A stretch of 14,831 nt of DNA from a virus. This document shows, piece by piece, positions 1-8,348 of this stretch (position 1 is its first letter; the number at the start of each line of letters is the position of its first letter). The DNA lies in the UHGV virus genome UHGV-0322133. The stretch is one strand, 5' to 3'. The position numbers and the translations under genes were made by a program. The notes under the pieces were generated by a model that was not told the origin of the DNA, ran no database searches, and saw nothing but the letters and a program-made list of their open reading frames with translations.

Positions 1-898
<898 letters not shown>

Positions 899-902
<4 letters not shown>

Positions 903-1075
903 TTCCTCGCACGATGTCTTAGCCACCGGATATCCCACAGGTGAGCCGTGTAGTTGAAGGTTTTTACGTCAGATTCTTTTGGGATTGGCTTGCGTTTGTT
1001 TCTGGAGCGTTTCGTTGGAAGGTATTTGCAGTTTTCACAGATTATGTCGGTGATACTTCGTCGCTGTCGTCTCAT
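899..1075 (-). CDS. ninE: NinE-family small protein (58 aa, below the ORF-track cutoff)
   Basis: My own translation is [58 protein letters not shown]. Its ATG overlaps the ninB stop (ATGA), and its stop overlaps the methyltransferase ATG. The sequence matches my memory of lambda/P22 NinE. Confidence 0.7.
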
Positions 1076-1482
1076 TCGTATCTCCTGTCGGTAAATCTGA
1101 CACCCTGACCAATAGCCCAGGCTGTTGTGTACTCGATCAGACTTGCCATACGCTTCACGCTCATCTGTGCGCTACTCTCCCGAATGTTGACGAATTCGCC
1201 TTCAAGGCCGCGCAAAACATCAGCTTCCTGTTTTGTTGCCACTGCATGACCGCTGATCAACAAAACCTTCCATTGTTCCGGTTTTAACCATTTGCCGCAC
1301 CATTGAACCTGACGTGCGATATCCGCCAGCATCGCGTGAAATTTTGCGTTCTGGTCAAGGTTGCGCTTGTAGTCAGTAATGCGGATCGTGACTGGCTTGT
1401 CTTTATCGAGAGGAGTTGCGAGGATGGCGTTGATTGCGGCTTGCTGTTGTTGCTTAGTTCGGAGGAATATTGTTTGCTTCAC
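1072..1482 (-). CDS. ninB: NinB/Orf-family recombination mediator
   Basis: A 136-aa ORF with a GTG start preceded by AAGGAG. The segment [34 protein letters not shown] parallels lambda NinB (RSLDQNRKLWACLGDVSRQVEWHGRWLDAESWK). Confidence 0.85.
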   Translation of the reverse strand: MKQTIFLRTKQQQQAAINAILATPLDKDKPVTIRITDYKRNLDQNAKFHAMLADIARQVQWCGKWLKPEQWKVLLISGHAVATKQEADVLRGLEGEFVNIRESSAQMSVKRMASLIEYTTAWAIGQGVRFTDRRYE

Positions 1483-1493
1483 TGAACACTCCT

Positions 1494-1679
1494 TTATTTT
1501 TTATGCCTGTAACCCCATTCTTCCAGCAACCTTGCGGCGTACCACCCAAGAAACAAAGGAAAGAACATTACAATGAGATATTCCCCGCCACGTTCAATGT
1601 TCGAAATTGACCAGATTACGATGTAACCAGTGCAGAATAGGAATATTACAAACCCCAAAAAGCTACTTCGTCGATTCAT
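1494..1679 (-). CDS. Small predicted two-TM membrane protein (61 aa)
   Basis: The internal ATG at 1679 is preceded by AAGGAG and lies directly after the upstream stop. The translation is MNRRSSFLGFVIFLFCTGYIVIWSISNIERGGEYLIVMFFPLFLGWYAARLLEEWGYRHKK, with two hydrophobic stretches. Confidence 0.55.
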   Translation of the reverse strand: MNRRSSFLGFVIFLFCTGYIVIWSISNIERGGEYLIVMFFPLFLGWYAARLLEEWGYRHKK

Positions 1680-1681
1680 GC

Positions 1682-1951
1682 TCACTCCTTCACTTTGACT
1701 CCAGCAGCGCGAATCAGTCCTTCGCATTCACTAATTGCGTCGTTATAACCAAATGTGACCCCATCCTCGAAATCGGTAGAAAATGCCTCACGCTCTCTTT
1801 TTCCAGGACACTCAATCTCGATAGCTGCTCGCGATGCCTGCCATGCCTCCCATGCAATCTCGACCTTGATGTGCATAATCTTCATCACGTCACTTGAAAC
1901 GTGATATTTGTTTTTAAACCATTCTTCAAACTGCTTTCTTGATTCGTCCAT
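1682..1951 (-). CDS. Hypothetical protein (89 aa)
   Basis: A track ORF that is tightly packed between its neighbours and co-oriented with the PR operon. I recognise no motif in it. Confidence 0.6.
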   Translation of the reverse strand: MDESRKQFEEWFKNKYHVSSDVMKIMHIKVEIAWEAWQASRAAIEIECPGKREREAFSTDFEDGVTFGYNDAISECEGLIRAAGVKVKE

Positions 1952-1968
1952 CGATACTTACCCTCAGT

Positions 1969-2175
1969 TCAACTCACAAAACGCCACGCCATTTTTGCTA
2001 CGACAACAGGCATAACACCGATAATCACCCAGACAAATGCAGCGCCAAACAACGTATACCATGGGTCTTTGCCGTCATTCACAAGACGAATGTAGCTATG
2101 CAGAACAATAAAAAACGTCAGAAGAATCCATCCAACGCCAACGCATTTGAATGCGACGAGCATAAACTCAGCCAC
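1969..2175 (-). CDS. Small predicted membrane protein (68 aa; GTG start, alternative ATG at 2163)
   Basis: It has two hydrophobic segments (VGVGWILLTFFIVL and LFGAAFVWVIIGVMPVVV). A GAGAG sequence lies 6 nt upstream of the GTG. Confidence 0.55.
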   Translation of the reverse strand: MAEFMLVAFKCVGVGWILLTFFIVLHSYIRLVNDGKDPWYTLFGAAFVWVIIGVMPVVVAKMAWRFVS

Positions 2176-2190
2176 GATTTACTCTCTCCC

Positions 2191-2222
2191 AAATAAAAAG
2201 GCCTGCGATTACCAGCAGGCCT
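2191..2222 (-). terminator. Rho-independent terminator-like hairpin after the helicase gene (tR2-like position)
   Basis: An 8-bp GC-rich stem (aggcctgc at 2199-2206 pairing with gcaggcct at 2215-2222) is followed on the minus strand by TTTTATTT. The same bases could instead encode a 27-aa peptide (see findings). Confidence 0.5.
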
Positions 2223-2250
2223 GTTATTAGCTCAGTGATGTAGATGGTCA

Positions 2251-3687
2251 TCAGAATCCTCCTTTCTTCTTGGACTGCGGTTCCTCGCGTTCACGGCGGC
2301 GCATTTCAGCAGACTGTTGGTCTGTATCATAAATAGCGCCATTTGCCTGAATGCAATACACCGTGCCGGTATTGCCATGACGATTGAGACGAAGGATTAG
2401 TTCGGTTTCACCAGGTGGAACACTGTCATCAAAAGCACCTTCACGATGGATCCCCACCCAATAATCGCAATCCTGTTCAATCTGCCCTGTATCTCGCGAG
2501 TCACTTGGTAATGGGCGCTTATTGGTTCGGCTTTCCAGTGCGCGGTTAAGCTGCGTCAGAAGCACAACAACGCAATCAAGCTCTTTGGCAAGGTTCTTCA
2601 GTCCTTTGGTGATCATGCCGTAAGCAAGGTCGTTGCGATCGGCCTTCTCAGCGGTCATTAGTGTCAGGTAATCGACCAGAATCATGCCAACACATCCTTT
2701 TTCTCGCTTGATTCGACGACTTTCGCTGACGATTTGAGCCAGAGATAATCCCGGCGTGTCGTCGATGTAAAGCAGGTCGATTTCACTCAAGCGATTGGCT
2801 GTTTCGATCGCCCTGTTGAAGTCACCATCGTAATCACCCTGATAGCCGTCATCAGCGTCATTTGTCGCCGGAAGGTAAAAAATATTCGGGTTAACACCTG
2901 ACTTCTGTCCTACCAGTTTTTCCAGTATCTGGTCACCGGGCATTTCAAGGCTGAACATCAGAGCGGGCTTTTTCTCATGCACTGCGCAGTTGATTGCCAT
3001 CTGGCTGTATAGCGTCGTTTTCCCCATCTTAGGGCGAGCGCCAATGACAAACAGAGAGCCTTTCACCAGACCTTTCGGTGACAGCATCCTGTCCAGCGAT
3101 GGGATCCCTGTGCTCATTCCCCGTTGTTCGCCTGATGGGTCAAATCGCTTCTCAAGGTCGCTAACCCAGTCTTCCATGACCTCACCAAATGAACGAAGGC
3201 CGCGACGCGATCCGGTTTTTGCATGGTCTGTCAGTTGCGTGAAAATCGACTGAATAGCTTCGTACTTCTGCGTTGCAGTCATTCCGTTGCGGGAATAGAG
3301 CAATTCCGTCGCTTCAGTCATGCGGTTGATGGCGTAGCGTTCCATTGCGGTTTCACGAACCTGCATTGCATAGGCAACGATGTTTGCGGCGCTTGGCGTG
3401 TTCTTTGCGATCTCAGCGATATAAGCAAAACCGCCAACAGACGCCGTTAACGATTTACGCTCCAATTCATCGAAAAGCGTCAGGCCATCTACTGGCTTTT
3501 GCTCCCGGTGCATTCTGGTTATTTCTTCGAAAAGGATTTTGTGTGGCCGGCTGTAAAATGAGTCAGGCTTCAGCATCGCCAGAACTTTCTGGACGCGCTC
3601 ACTGCTGTCATCATCCAGAAGCAATCCACCAATCACCGCCTGCTCTGCCTCGATGCTATGGGGCGGCGCATAAAAATTATCGGTCAT
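2251..3687 (-). CDS. DnaB-family replicative helicase (P22 gp12-type)
   Basis: The N-terminus PPHSIEAEQAVIGGLLLD is typical of DnaB. Walker A is GARPKMGKT, Walker B is ILVDYLTLM, and there is a LTQLNR motif. The likely start is ATG 3687, which overlaps the end of the initiator gene. The track start at 3702 is a GTG. Confidence 0.9.
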   Translation of the reverse strand: MTDNFYAPPHSIEAEQAVIGGLLLDDDSSERVQKVLAMLKPDSFYSRPHKILFEEITRMHREQKPVDGLTLFDELERKSLTASVGGFAYIAEIAKNTPSAANIVAYAMQVRETAMERYAINRMTEATELLYSRNGMTATQKYEAIQSIFTQLTDHAKTGSRRGLRSFGEVMEDWVSDLEKRFDPSGEQRGMSTGIPSLDRMLSPKGLVKGSLFVIGARPKMGKTTLYSQMAINCAVHEKKPALMFSLEMPGDQILEKLVGQKSGVNPNIFYLPATNDADDGYQGDYDGDFNRAIETANRLSEIDLLYIDDTPGLSLAQIVSESRRIKREKGCVGMILVDYLTLMTAEKADRNDLAYGMITKGLKNLAKELDCVVVLLTQLNRALESRTNKRPLPSDSRDTGQIEQDCDYWVGIHREGAFDDSVPPGETELILRLNRHGNTGTVYCIQANGAIYDTDQQSAEMRRREREEPQSKKKGGF

Positions 3688-4567
3688 CGTGTTCACCCTC
3701 ACGAACTTTCAGGTAGGTATTATCGTTAAGCAGGAAATCAAATCCCTTTTTGTGCCAGACAGTTCCGCGTTGATGGTTTGGGCGCTCTTCGAACATCCAT
3801 CGACAATTTTCGCCTACGTAGCTCAAATAATTTCTCCAGTCCTGCATCGAGAACCCATGCCCGTCAAGCTGGCGGGTTATCACTCCGGCTTTGCGCCAGA
3901 ACGTTCGGATCTGGTTTTTACGCTTGTCATTCAGTGCGCGGATTCTTGGAGCTTCAGGAAGGATTTCGTGGTAAGCATCGACAACATCCTGACAGCTAAC
4001 GGAAGGTTTTTTCTTGTCAGACTTTTTGTCTGCTGTGGCACTCTCTAATACGTCAGTATTAGAGATATTATTTATATTATTGTTTATGGACAACTGTTGG
4101 ACAACCGCTGGACAATCTCCGCTGAGAGCCGTGCCATTACTGGTGTTTGCGTTGGACAACCGTTGGACAACCGTTGGACAATTTTTTGACTGAAAATCGT
4201 CATATTTAACGATTGTAAACAGGCTAAATTTCTTCCCCATCGCGCAAATATTAAGCATCCCTTTCGACTCAAAAGTCCGTAATAAGCTCCGAACTTTGTT
4301 GTCGGGGATGAATGTTTCTCTGACCAGCGACGGGCGTCCAGTTATCATCTGACCGCGATCAACAGTTATCGGACCGATATCCGTATTGACGACAGTAGAT
4401 TCGTGATTAGCCTTGAGGATTAAGTGAAGCCAAAGATGTACTGCCTGAGAGTCCTTATAGAGCCTGCTGTCCATAAACTGGCGGTGTATAGAGACATACC
4501 CCATACTGGATGCCTCCTGATGTTGTACAGGGTTATGCCTGTAATCAGCTAACTTAACGACGCCCAT
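3677..4567 (-). CDS. Replication initiator (lambda O / P22 gp18 functional type) containing the origin
   Basis: A 296-aa ORF whose ATG is preceded by AGGAG. It sits between the cII-type gene and the helicase. The iteron array lies inside the ORF and is translated as the repeated VVQRLSN / VVQQLS peptide, followed by an Asn/Ile-rich AT-rich linker. Confidence 0.8.
   Translation of the reverse strand: MGVVKLADYRHNPVQHQEASSMGYVSIHRQFMDSRLYKDSQAVHLWLHLILKANHESTVVNTDIGPITVDRGQMITGRPSLVRETFIPDNKVRSLLRTFESKGMLNICAMGKKFSLFTIVKYDDFQSKNCPTVVQRLSNANTSNGTALSGDCPAVVQQLSINNNINNISNTDVLESATADKKSDKKKPSVSCQDVVDAYHEILPEAPRIRALNDKRKNQIRTFWRKAGVITRQLDGHGFSMQDWRNYLSYVGENCRWMFEERPNHQRGTVWHKKGFDFLLNDNTYLKVREGEHDDR
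4045..4086. other. AT-rich putative DNA-unwinding element next to the iterons
   Basis: The sequence taatacgtcagtattagagatattatttatattattgtttat lies immediately downstream of the iterons in the direction of the gene. This is the same order as in the lambda origin. Confidence 0.5.
4087..4181. repeat. Origin iterons: six TGGACAA cores in two triplets
   Basis: The cores are at 4087, 4098 and 4109, then at 4153, 4164 and 4175. Spacing within each triplet is exactly 11 bp, and the triplets are 44 bp apart (4 x 11), so all six lie on one helical face. Confidence 0.8.
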
Positions 4568-4649
4568 GTTTCACTCCTGCTTTGGCTAGTCTGTAAACAC
4601 CAACAAGGCGCTCTGCGAACGCCCTGTTATTTGCTGCGGCTACCACTAA

Positions 4650-4715
4650 TCACTCAGGTGAATCAGGGTGTCGAATCTCTTCTTTTTCCTGGTATTTCTT
4701 ACGACGTTTTGTCAT
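4650..4715 (-). CDS. Possible 21-aa basic micro-ORF between the cII-type gene and the initiator
   Basis: The translation is MTKRRKKYQEKEEIRHPDSPE, with AGGAG 5 nt upstream of the ATG. It is very short and may be a by-product of the overlapping oop-promoter sequence. Confidence 0.25.
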   Translation of the reverse strand: MTKRRKKYQEKEEIRHPDSPE

Positions 4716-4724
4716 AATTACTCC

Positions 4725-4792
4725 TGTGGATTGATCCAGTCTTTCTACATCAGGCCTCGAAGAATTCGCCGTTCTTCGGGGCTTTTTCTTTT
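4725..4792 (+). ncRNA. oop: oop-like antisense RNA overlapping the 3' end of the cII-type gene
   Basis: On the plus strand there is a candidate promoter (TGGTAT at 4690-4695, 17-nt spacer, CATAAT at 4713-4718). A strong terminator follows: stem 4754-4764 pairing with 4772-4782 and containing one G-U pair, then CTTTTTCTTTT. The position, orientation and ~68-nt length match lambda oop. The 5' part (gattgatccagt) resembles lambda oop (GTTGATAGATCCAGT). Confidence 0.5.
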
Positions 4793-5028
4793 GTCAGCAT
4801 TCTGGCTACTTTCTTAGCCAGTTCCGCCAACTCCTCGTCTTCAACACCCCATTCAAGAACAGCCAGAAGCATTCCCATTTTGGGGATGAAGCTATCTTTC
4901 CATCGCGAAATTTGCGATTCATTAATCCCTAACGCGTCGGCAACCTTTCGCTGACCACGTACAGCAATTCGATTCAGGATGTTGCTTGTAATTGCATTCG
5001 CTTTCTTGCGAGTACTTGTAAGTTGCAT
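4750..5028 (-). CDS. cII: CII / P22 C1-type lysogeny-establishment activator (92 aa)
   Basis: The sequence from the internal ATG at 5028 is MQLTSTRKKANAITSNILNRIAVRGQRKVADALGINESQISRWKDSFIPKMGMLLAVLEWGV... It shares the lambda CII core (VDKSQISRWKRDWIPKFSMLLAVLEWGV). The upstream extension in the track ORF lacks an RBS. Confidence 0.85.
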   Translation of the reverse strand: MQLTSTRKKANAITSNILNRIAVRGQRKVADALGINESQISRWKDSFIPKMGMLLAVLEWGVEDEELAELAKKVARMLTKEKAPKNGEFFEA

Positions 5029-5038
5029 ATGTAAGTAT
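5006..5038 (+). promoter_or_regulatory. PRE-like CII-dependent promoter (TTGC-N6-TTGT box plus -10)
   Basis: The box TTGCgagtacTTGT lies at 5006-5019. After 13 nt comes AAGTAT at 5033-5038, within catatgtaagtatttcc, which I recall as identical to the lambda PRE -10 region. The promoter points toward cI and is antisense to cro. Confidence 0.55.
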
Positions 5039-5107
5039 TTCCTTAGATAACAATTGATTGAATGTATGCAAATAAATGCATACACCATAGGTGTGGTTTA
5101 ATTTGAT

Positions 5108-5139
5108 GCCCTTTTTCAGGGCTGGGATGTGTAAGAGCG
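5108..5139 (-). promoter_or_regulatory. nutR (boxA CGCTCTTA plus boxB GCCCTGAAAAAGGGC)
   Basis: The minus strand reads CGCTCTTACACATCCCAGCCCTGAAAAAGGGC. By my recollection this differs from lambda nutR at one base. It lies between cro and the cII-type gene. Confidence 0.85.
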
Positions 5140-5147
5140 GGAATGTC

Positions 5148-6500
<1,353 letters not shown>

Positions 6501-6524
6501 TCCCCACCTCAATCTCGATAACCA

Positions 6525-6568
6525 AAAAACAAACTATTTTCCGTTTAAAAACAACGGAGTTTGTTTTT
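6525..6568 (+). terminator. Long AT-rich interrupted hairpin after the cI operon (possible immunity-transcript terminator)
   Basis: aaaaacaaact at 6525-6535 pairs with agtttgttttt at 6558-6568. An inner ccgtt/aacgg stem lies between them. The 3' arm ends in a T-run. The structure is weak because it is AT-rich, and it overlaps an operator-like site. Confidence 0.35.
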
Positions 6569-6623
6569 CACGCCTCTTTTTACAATATTTCTTGTTTACA
6601 ACATACAATCTTTCTTGTAATTT
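6551..6623. promoter_or_regulatory. OL operators and PL promoter
   Basis: There are three ACAA-N6-TTGT 14-mers: 6551-6564 (acaacggagtttgt), 6582-6595 (acaatatttcttgt) and 6605-6618 (acaatctttcttgt). The candidate PL has -35 TTTACA at 6595-6600, a 17-nt spacer and -10 TAATTT at 6618-6623, and points toward N. Confidence 0.75.
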
Positions 6624-6662
6624 TAAGCCATCAGCAGGACGCGCTAACCACCATGAAGGTGA

Positions 6663-6693
6663 TGCTCTTAAAAATTAAGCCCTGAAGAAGGGC
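6663..6693 (+). promoter_or_regulatory. nutL (boxA-like TGCTCTTA plus boxB GCCCTGAAGAAGGGC)
   Basis: The sequence tgctcttaaaaattaagccctgaagaagggc is essentially lambda nutL as I recall it. It lies downstream of PL and upstream of N. Confidence 0.85.
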
Positions 6694-6865
6694 AGCATTC
6701 AAAGCAGAAGGCTTTGGGGTGTGGTGAAGGGTTCATGGATGGGAATATGTCGCACGTAAAGCGGCGAGGCCTGCGGAACTATTGCCGAATTGAAGTCGGC
6801 CGAAGCAGGTCGAAATGGGTCTCCCACCTACCACACCACCAAAGCTAACTGACAGGAGAATCAAG

Positions 6866-7198
6866 ATGGATGCACAAACACGACGCCGCGAACGTCGCGC
6901 AGAGAAACAGGCTCAATGGAAAGCAGCAAATCCCCTGTTGGTTGGGGTAAGCGCAAAACCAGTTAACCGCCCTATTCTCTCGCTGAATCGCAAACCGAAA
7001 TCACGAGTAGAAAGCGCACTGAATCCGATAGACCTTACAGTACTGGCTGAATACCACGAACAGATTGAAAGCAACCTGCAACGTATTGAGCGCAAGAATC
7101 AGCGCACATGGTACAGCAAGCCACGCAGTGAAATGGGTGTGACTTGTTCAGGCCGCCAGAAACAACGCGGAAAATCAATTCCAGCTTATTACGATTGA
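6866..7198 (+). CDS. N: Lambda-type N antiterminator (110 aa)
   Basis: The N-terminus MDAQTRRRERRAEKQAQWKAANPLLVGVSAKPVNRPILSLNRKPKSRVESALNPIDLTVLAEYH... has the arginine-rich motif of lambda N. The C-terminal ~25 aa diverge from lambda. The SD is AGGAGA. The 17-codon upstream extension in the track ORF is not supported. Confidence 0.92.
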   Translation: MDAQTRRRERRAEKQAQWKAANPLLVGVSAKPVNRPILSLNRKPKSRVESALNPIDLTVLAEYHEQIESNLQRIERKNQRTWYSKPRSEMGVTCSGRQKQRGKSIPAYYD

Positions 7199-7203
7199 GG
7201 TTA

Positions 7204-7473
7204 ATGATGAAGTTCAAATTGAACGATGAAGTTAAATGGTCAAGCTCATCAAACGGTGTAACGAAGGTAAAAATCGGGTTTATCGTCGAGGTGATTCCTC
7301 CTGGTGTCAACGTAAAAAAATTCGAACTAGGCCGTCTGCTAGATGCACCTGGCCTTCCGAGGAAAGAAGAGAGCTATATAGTTTGTGTAGCTCCAAGACC
7401 CGGATCTCGTGCCAAGCCAAAATATTACTGGCCGCGAGTTAATAACCTGCGTCACTTACACGATGACAAATAG
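7204..7473 (+). CDS. Hypothetical protein (89 aa)
   Basis: The start is ATGATG at 7204, after the SD GAGGT and directly after the N stop. I recognise no motif. Confidence 0.6.
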   Translation: MMKFKLNDEVKWSSSSNGVTKVKIGFIVEVIPPGVNVKKFELGRLLDAPGLPRKEESYIVCVAPRPGSRAKPKYYWPRVNNLRHLHDDK

Positions 7474-7528
7474 AAGTGAATATCATTGTTTTACTTTTTC
7501 GCAGCAAACCACTTATTTGAGGTGAGAT

Positions 7529-7852
7529 ATGGAAGCATTAGTAGTAGAGCGAAGCGAGGATGGCTACTGGACGCACCCAGAATACGCCAACCTGTTTGGG
7601 GATAGAGAGGTAATTTCAGCTGATGAGTTCAGATCTTTCTGCAAGCAGCATGGCATTGAATCATCAATTGTTGAAATGGAAAACGACAACAATCAAACGG
7701 TAATTGACGCGTATTTTGAAGATGGGAATCCAAACATCAGTGGATGGGAGCCAAGCATGCCAGATGGAGAAGGATGGTTTGTCGGTTCGATTCACGATAC
7801 AGAAGACGGTCCGATCTGCGTTTGGTTCAGGAATGTAGATAAGGCAGAATAG
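7529..7852 (+). CDS. Highly acidic hypothetical protein (107 aa)
   Basis: The SD is GAGGTGAG. The protein is rich in Asp/Glu with few Lys/Arg (a rough count gives a net charge near -15 to -20) and contains several Trp. It occupies the ral/sieB-equivalent slot between N and cIII. Confidence 0.65.
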   Translation: MEALVVERSEDGYWTHPEYANLFGDREVISADEFRSFCKQHGIESSIVEMENDNNQTVIDAYFEDGNPNISGWEPSMPDGEGWFVGSIHDTEDGPICVWFRNVDKAE

Positions 7853-7986
7853 TCGGCCTTTATTTTTGGCATAAACAACAGAATAAACACAGCACTGTGT
7901 ATTCATTCCAACGAGTGAATACACGGAGCAATGTCGCTCGTAACTAAACAGGAGCCGACTTGTTCTGATTATTGGAAATCTTCTTT

Positions 7987-8011
7987 GCCCTCCGATGTGA
8001 GGGCCTTTTTA
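7987..8011 (+). terminator. Rho-independent terminator (tL-type) upstream of cIII
   Basis: The stem is gccctc (7987-7992) pairing with gagggc (7999-8004), with a 6-nt loop, followed by CTTTTTA. Confidence 0.6.
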
Positions 8012-8024
8012 TATGCATAACAAT

Positions 8025-8050
8025 AACGCTTCACTCGAGGCGTTTTCGTT
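8025..8050 (+). terminator. Second, weaker terminator-like hairpin
   Basis: aacgcttc at 8025-8032 pairs with gaggcgtt at 8037-8044 (one G-U pair), followed by TTCGTT. The U-tract is poor. Confidence 0.35.
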
Positions 8051-8076
8051 ATGCAATCAAATATAAGGAGTTACCC

Positions 8077-8211
8077 ATGATGCACTTTCAGCTCGCGGGT
8101 AGCGGCGTCATGTCCGCTTTCTACCCGCACGAATCTGAATTATCACGCCGAGTTAAACAATTAATCAGAGCAGCAAAGAAACAACTGGAGGCGTTATGCG
8201 CAATGAAATAG
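8077..8211 (+). CDS. cIII: CIII-like FtsH inhibitor (44 aa)
   Basis: The internal ATG at 8077 follows the SD AAGGAG. The translation is MMHFQLAGSGVMSAFYPHESELSRRVKQLIRAAKKQLEALCAMK. It has the pattern AG..(8-10)..ES.L.R....L seen in lambda CIII (AIAGWPVAGCPSESLLERITRKL) and sits immediately upstream of kil. The upstream part of the track ORF crosses the terminators. Confidence 0.65.
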   Translation: MMHFQLAGSGVMSAFYPHESELSRRVKQLIRAAKKQLEALCAMK

Positions 8212-8348
8212 CCATCAATCACCAGATGCTTCGTGCTGCACAAAACAAAGCAGTAATAGCCAGATTTATTGGTGATTCAAAAATGTGGCTTGAAGCAAAT
8301 AAAGCGATGAAATCAGCTATCAACCTTCCGTGGTATCGCAGGAAATGA
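8196..8348 (+). CDS. kil: Kil-like small protein (50 aa, below the track cutoff)
   Basis: My own translation is MRNEIAINHQMLRAAQNKAVIARFIGDSKMWLEANKAMKSAINLPWYRRK. The segment ARFIGDSKMW resembles lambda Kil (ATFIGDEKMF, from memory). The SD is GGAGG, and the gene sits after cIII. Confidence 0.6.
   Translation: MRNEIAINHQMLRAAQNKAVIARFIGDSKMWLEANKAMKSAINLPWYRRK

Noticed and set aside
2990-3716. Plus-strand ORFs 2990-3253, 3223-3450 and 3345-3716, plus 3689-4048 and 3778-3999.
   Set aside because: They are antisense shadows of the DnaB-type helicase and initiator genes. They are Arg/Ser/Cys-rich and have no RBS.
4084-4272. A 62-aa minus-strand ORF with a repeated VQRLSN peptide, and the possibility that the repeats are a CRISPR-like array.
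   Set aside because: It is an alternative frame of the iteron array inside the initiator gene. The repeats are 7-11 bp units with 11-bp periodicity and no unique spacers, so they are origin iterons and not CRISPR.
7236-7442. Same-strand alternative-frame ORFs 7236-7442, 8994-9200 and 12814-13002.
   Set aside because: They are off-frame reads of called genes with basic or low-complexity composition and no RBS. Unlike 11066-11275, they show no coherent structural signature.
7841-7868. A terminator directly after the acidic ORF (aaggc ... gcctt followed by TATTTTT).
   Set aside because: The stem is only 5 bp and the loop is 10 nt, so the predicted stability is too low to call. The convincing terminator is at 7987-8011.
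7887-7915. A LexA (SOS) box in the palindrome region (CTGT...).
   Set aside because: No CTGT-N8-ACAG arrangement is present. The palindrome is ACACAG-CA-CTGTGT, which does not fit the LexA consensus spacing.
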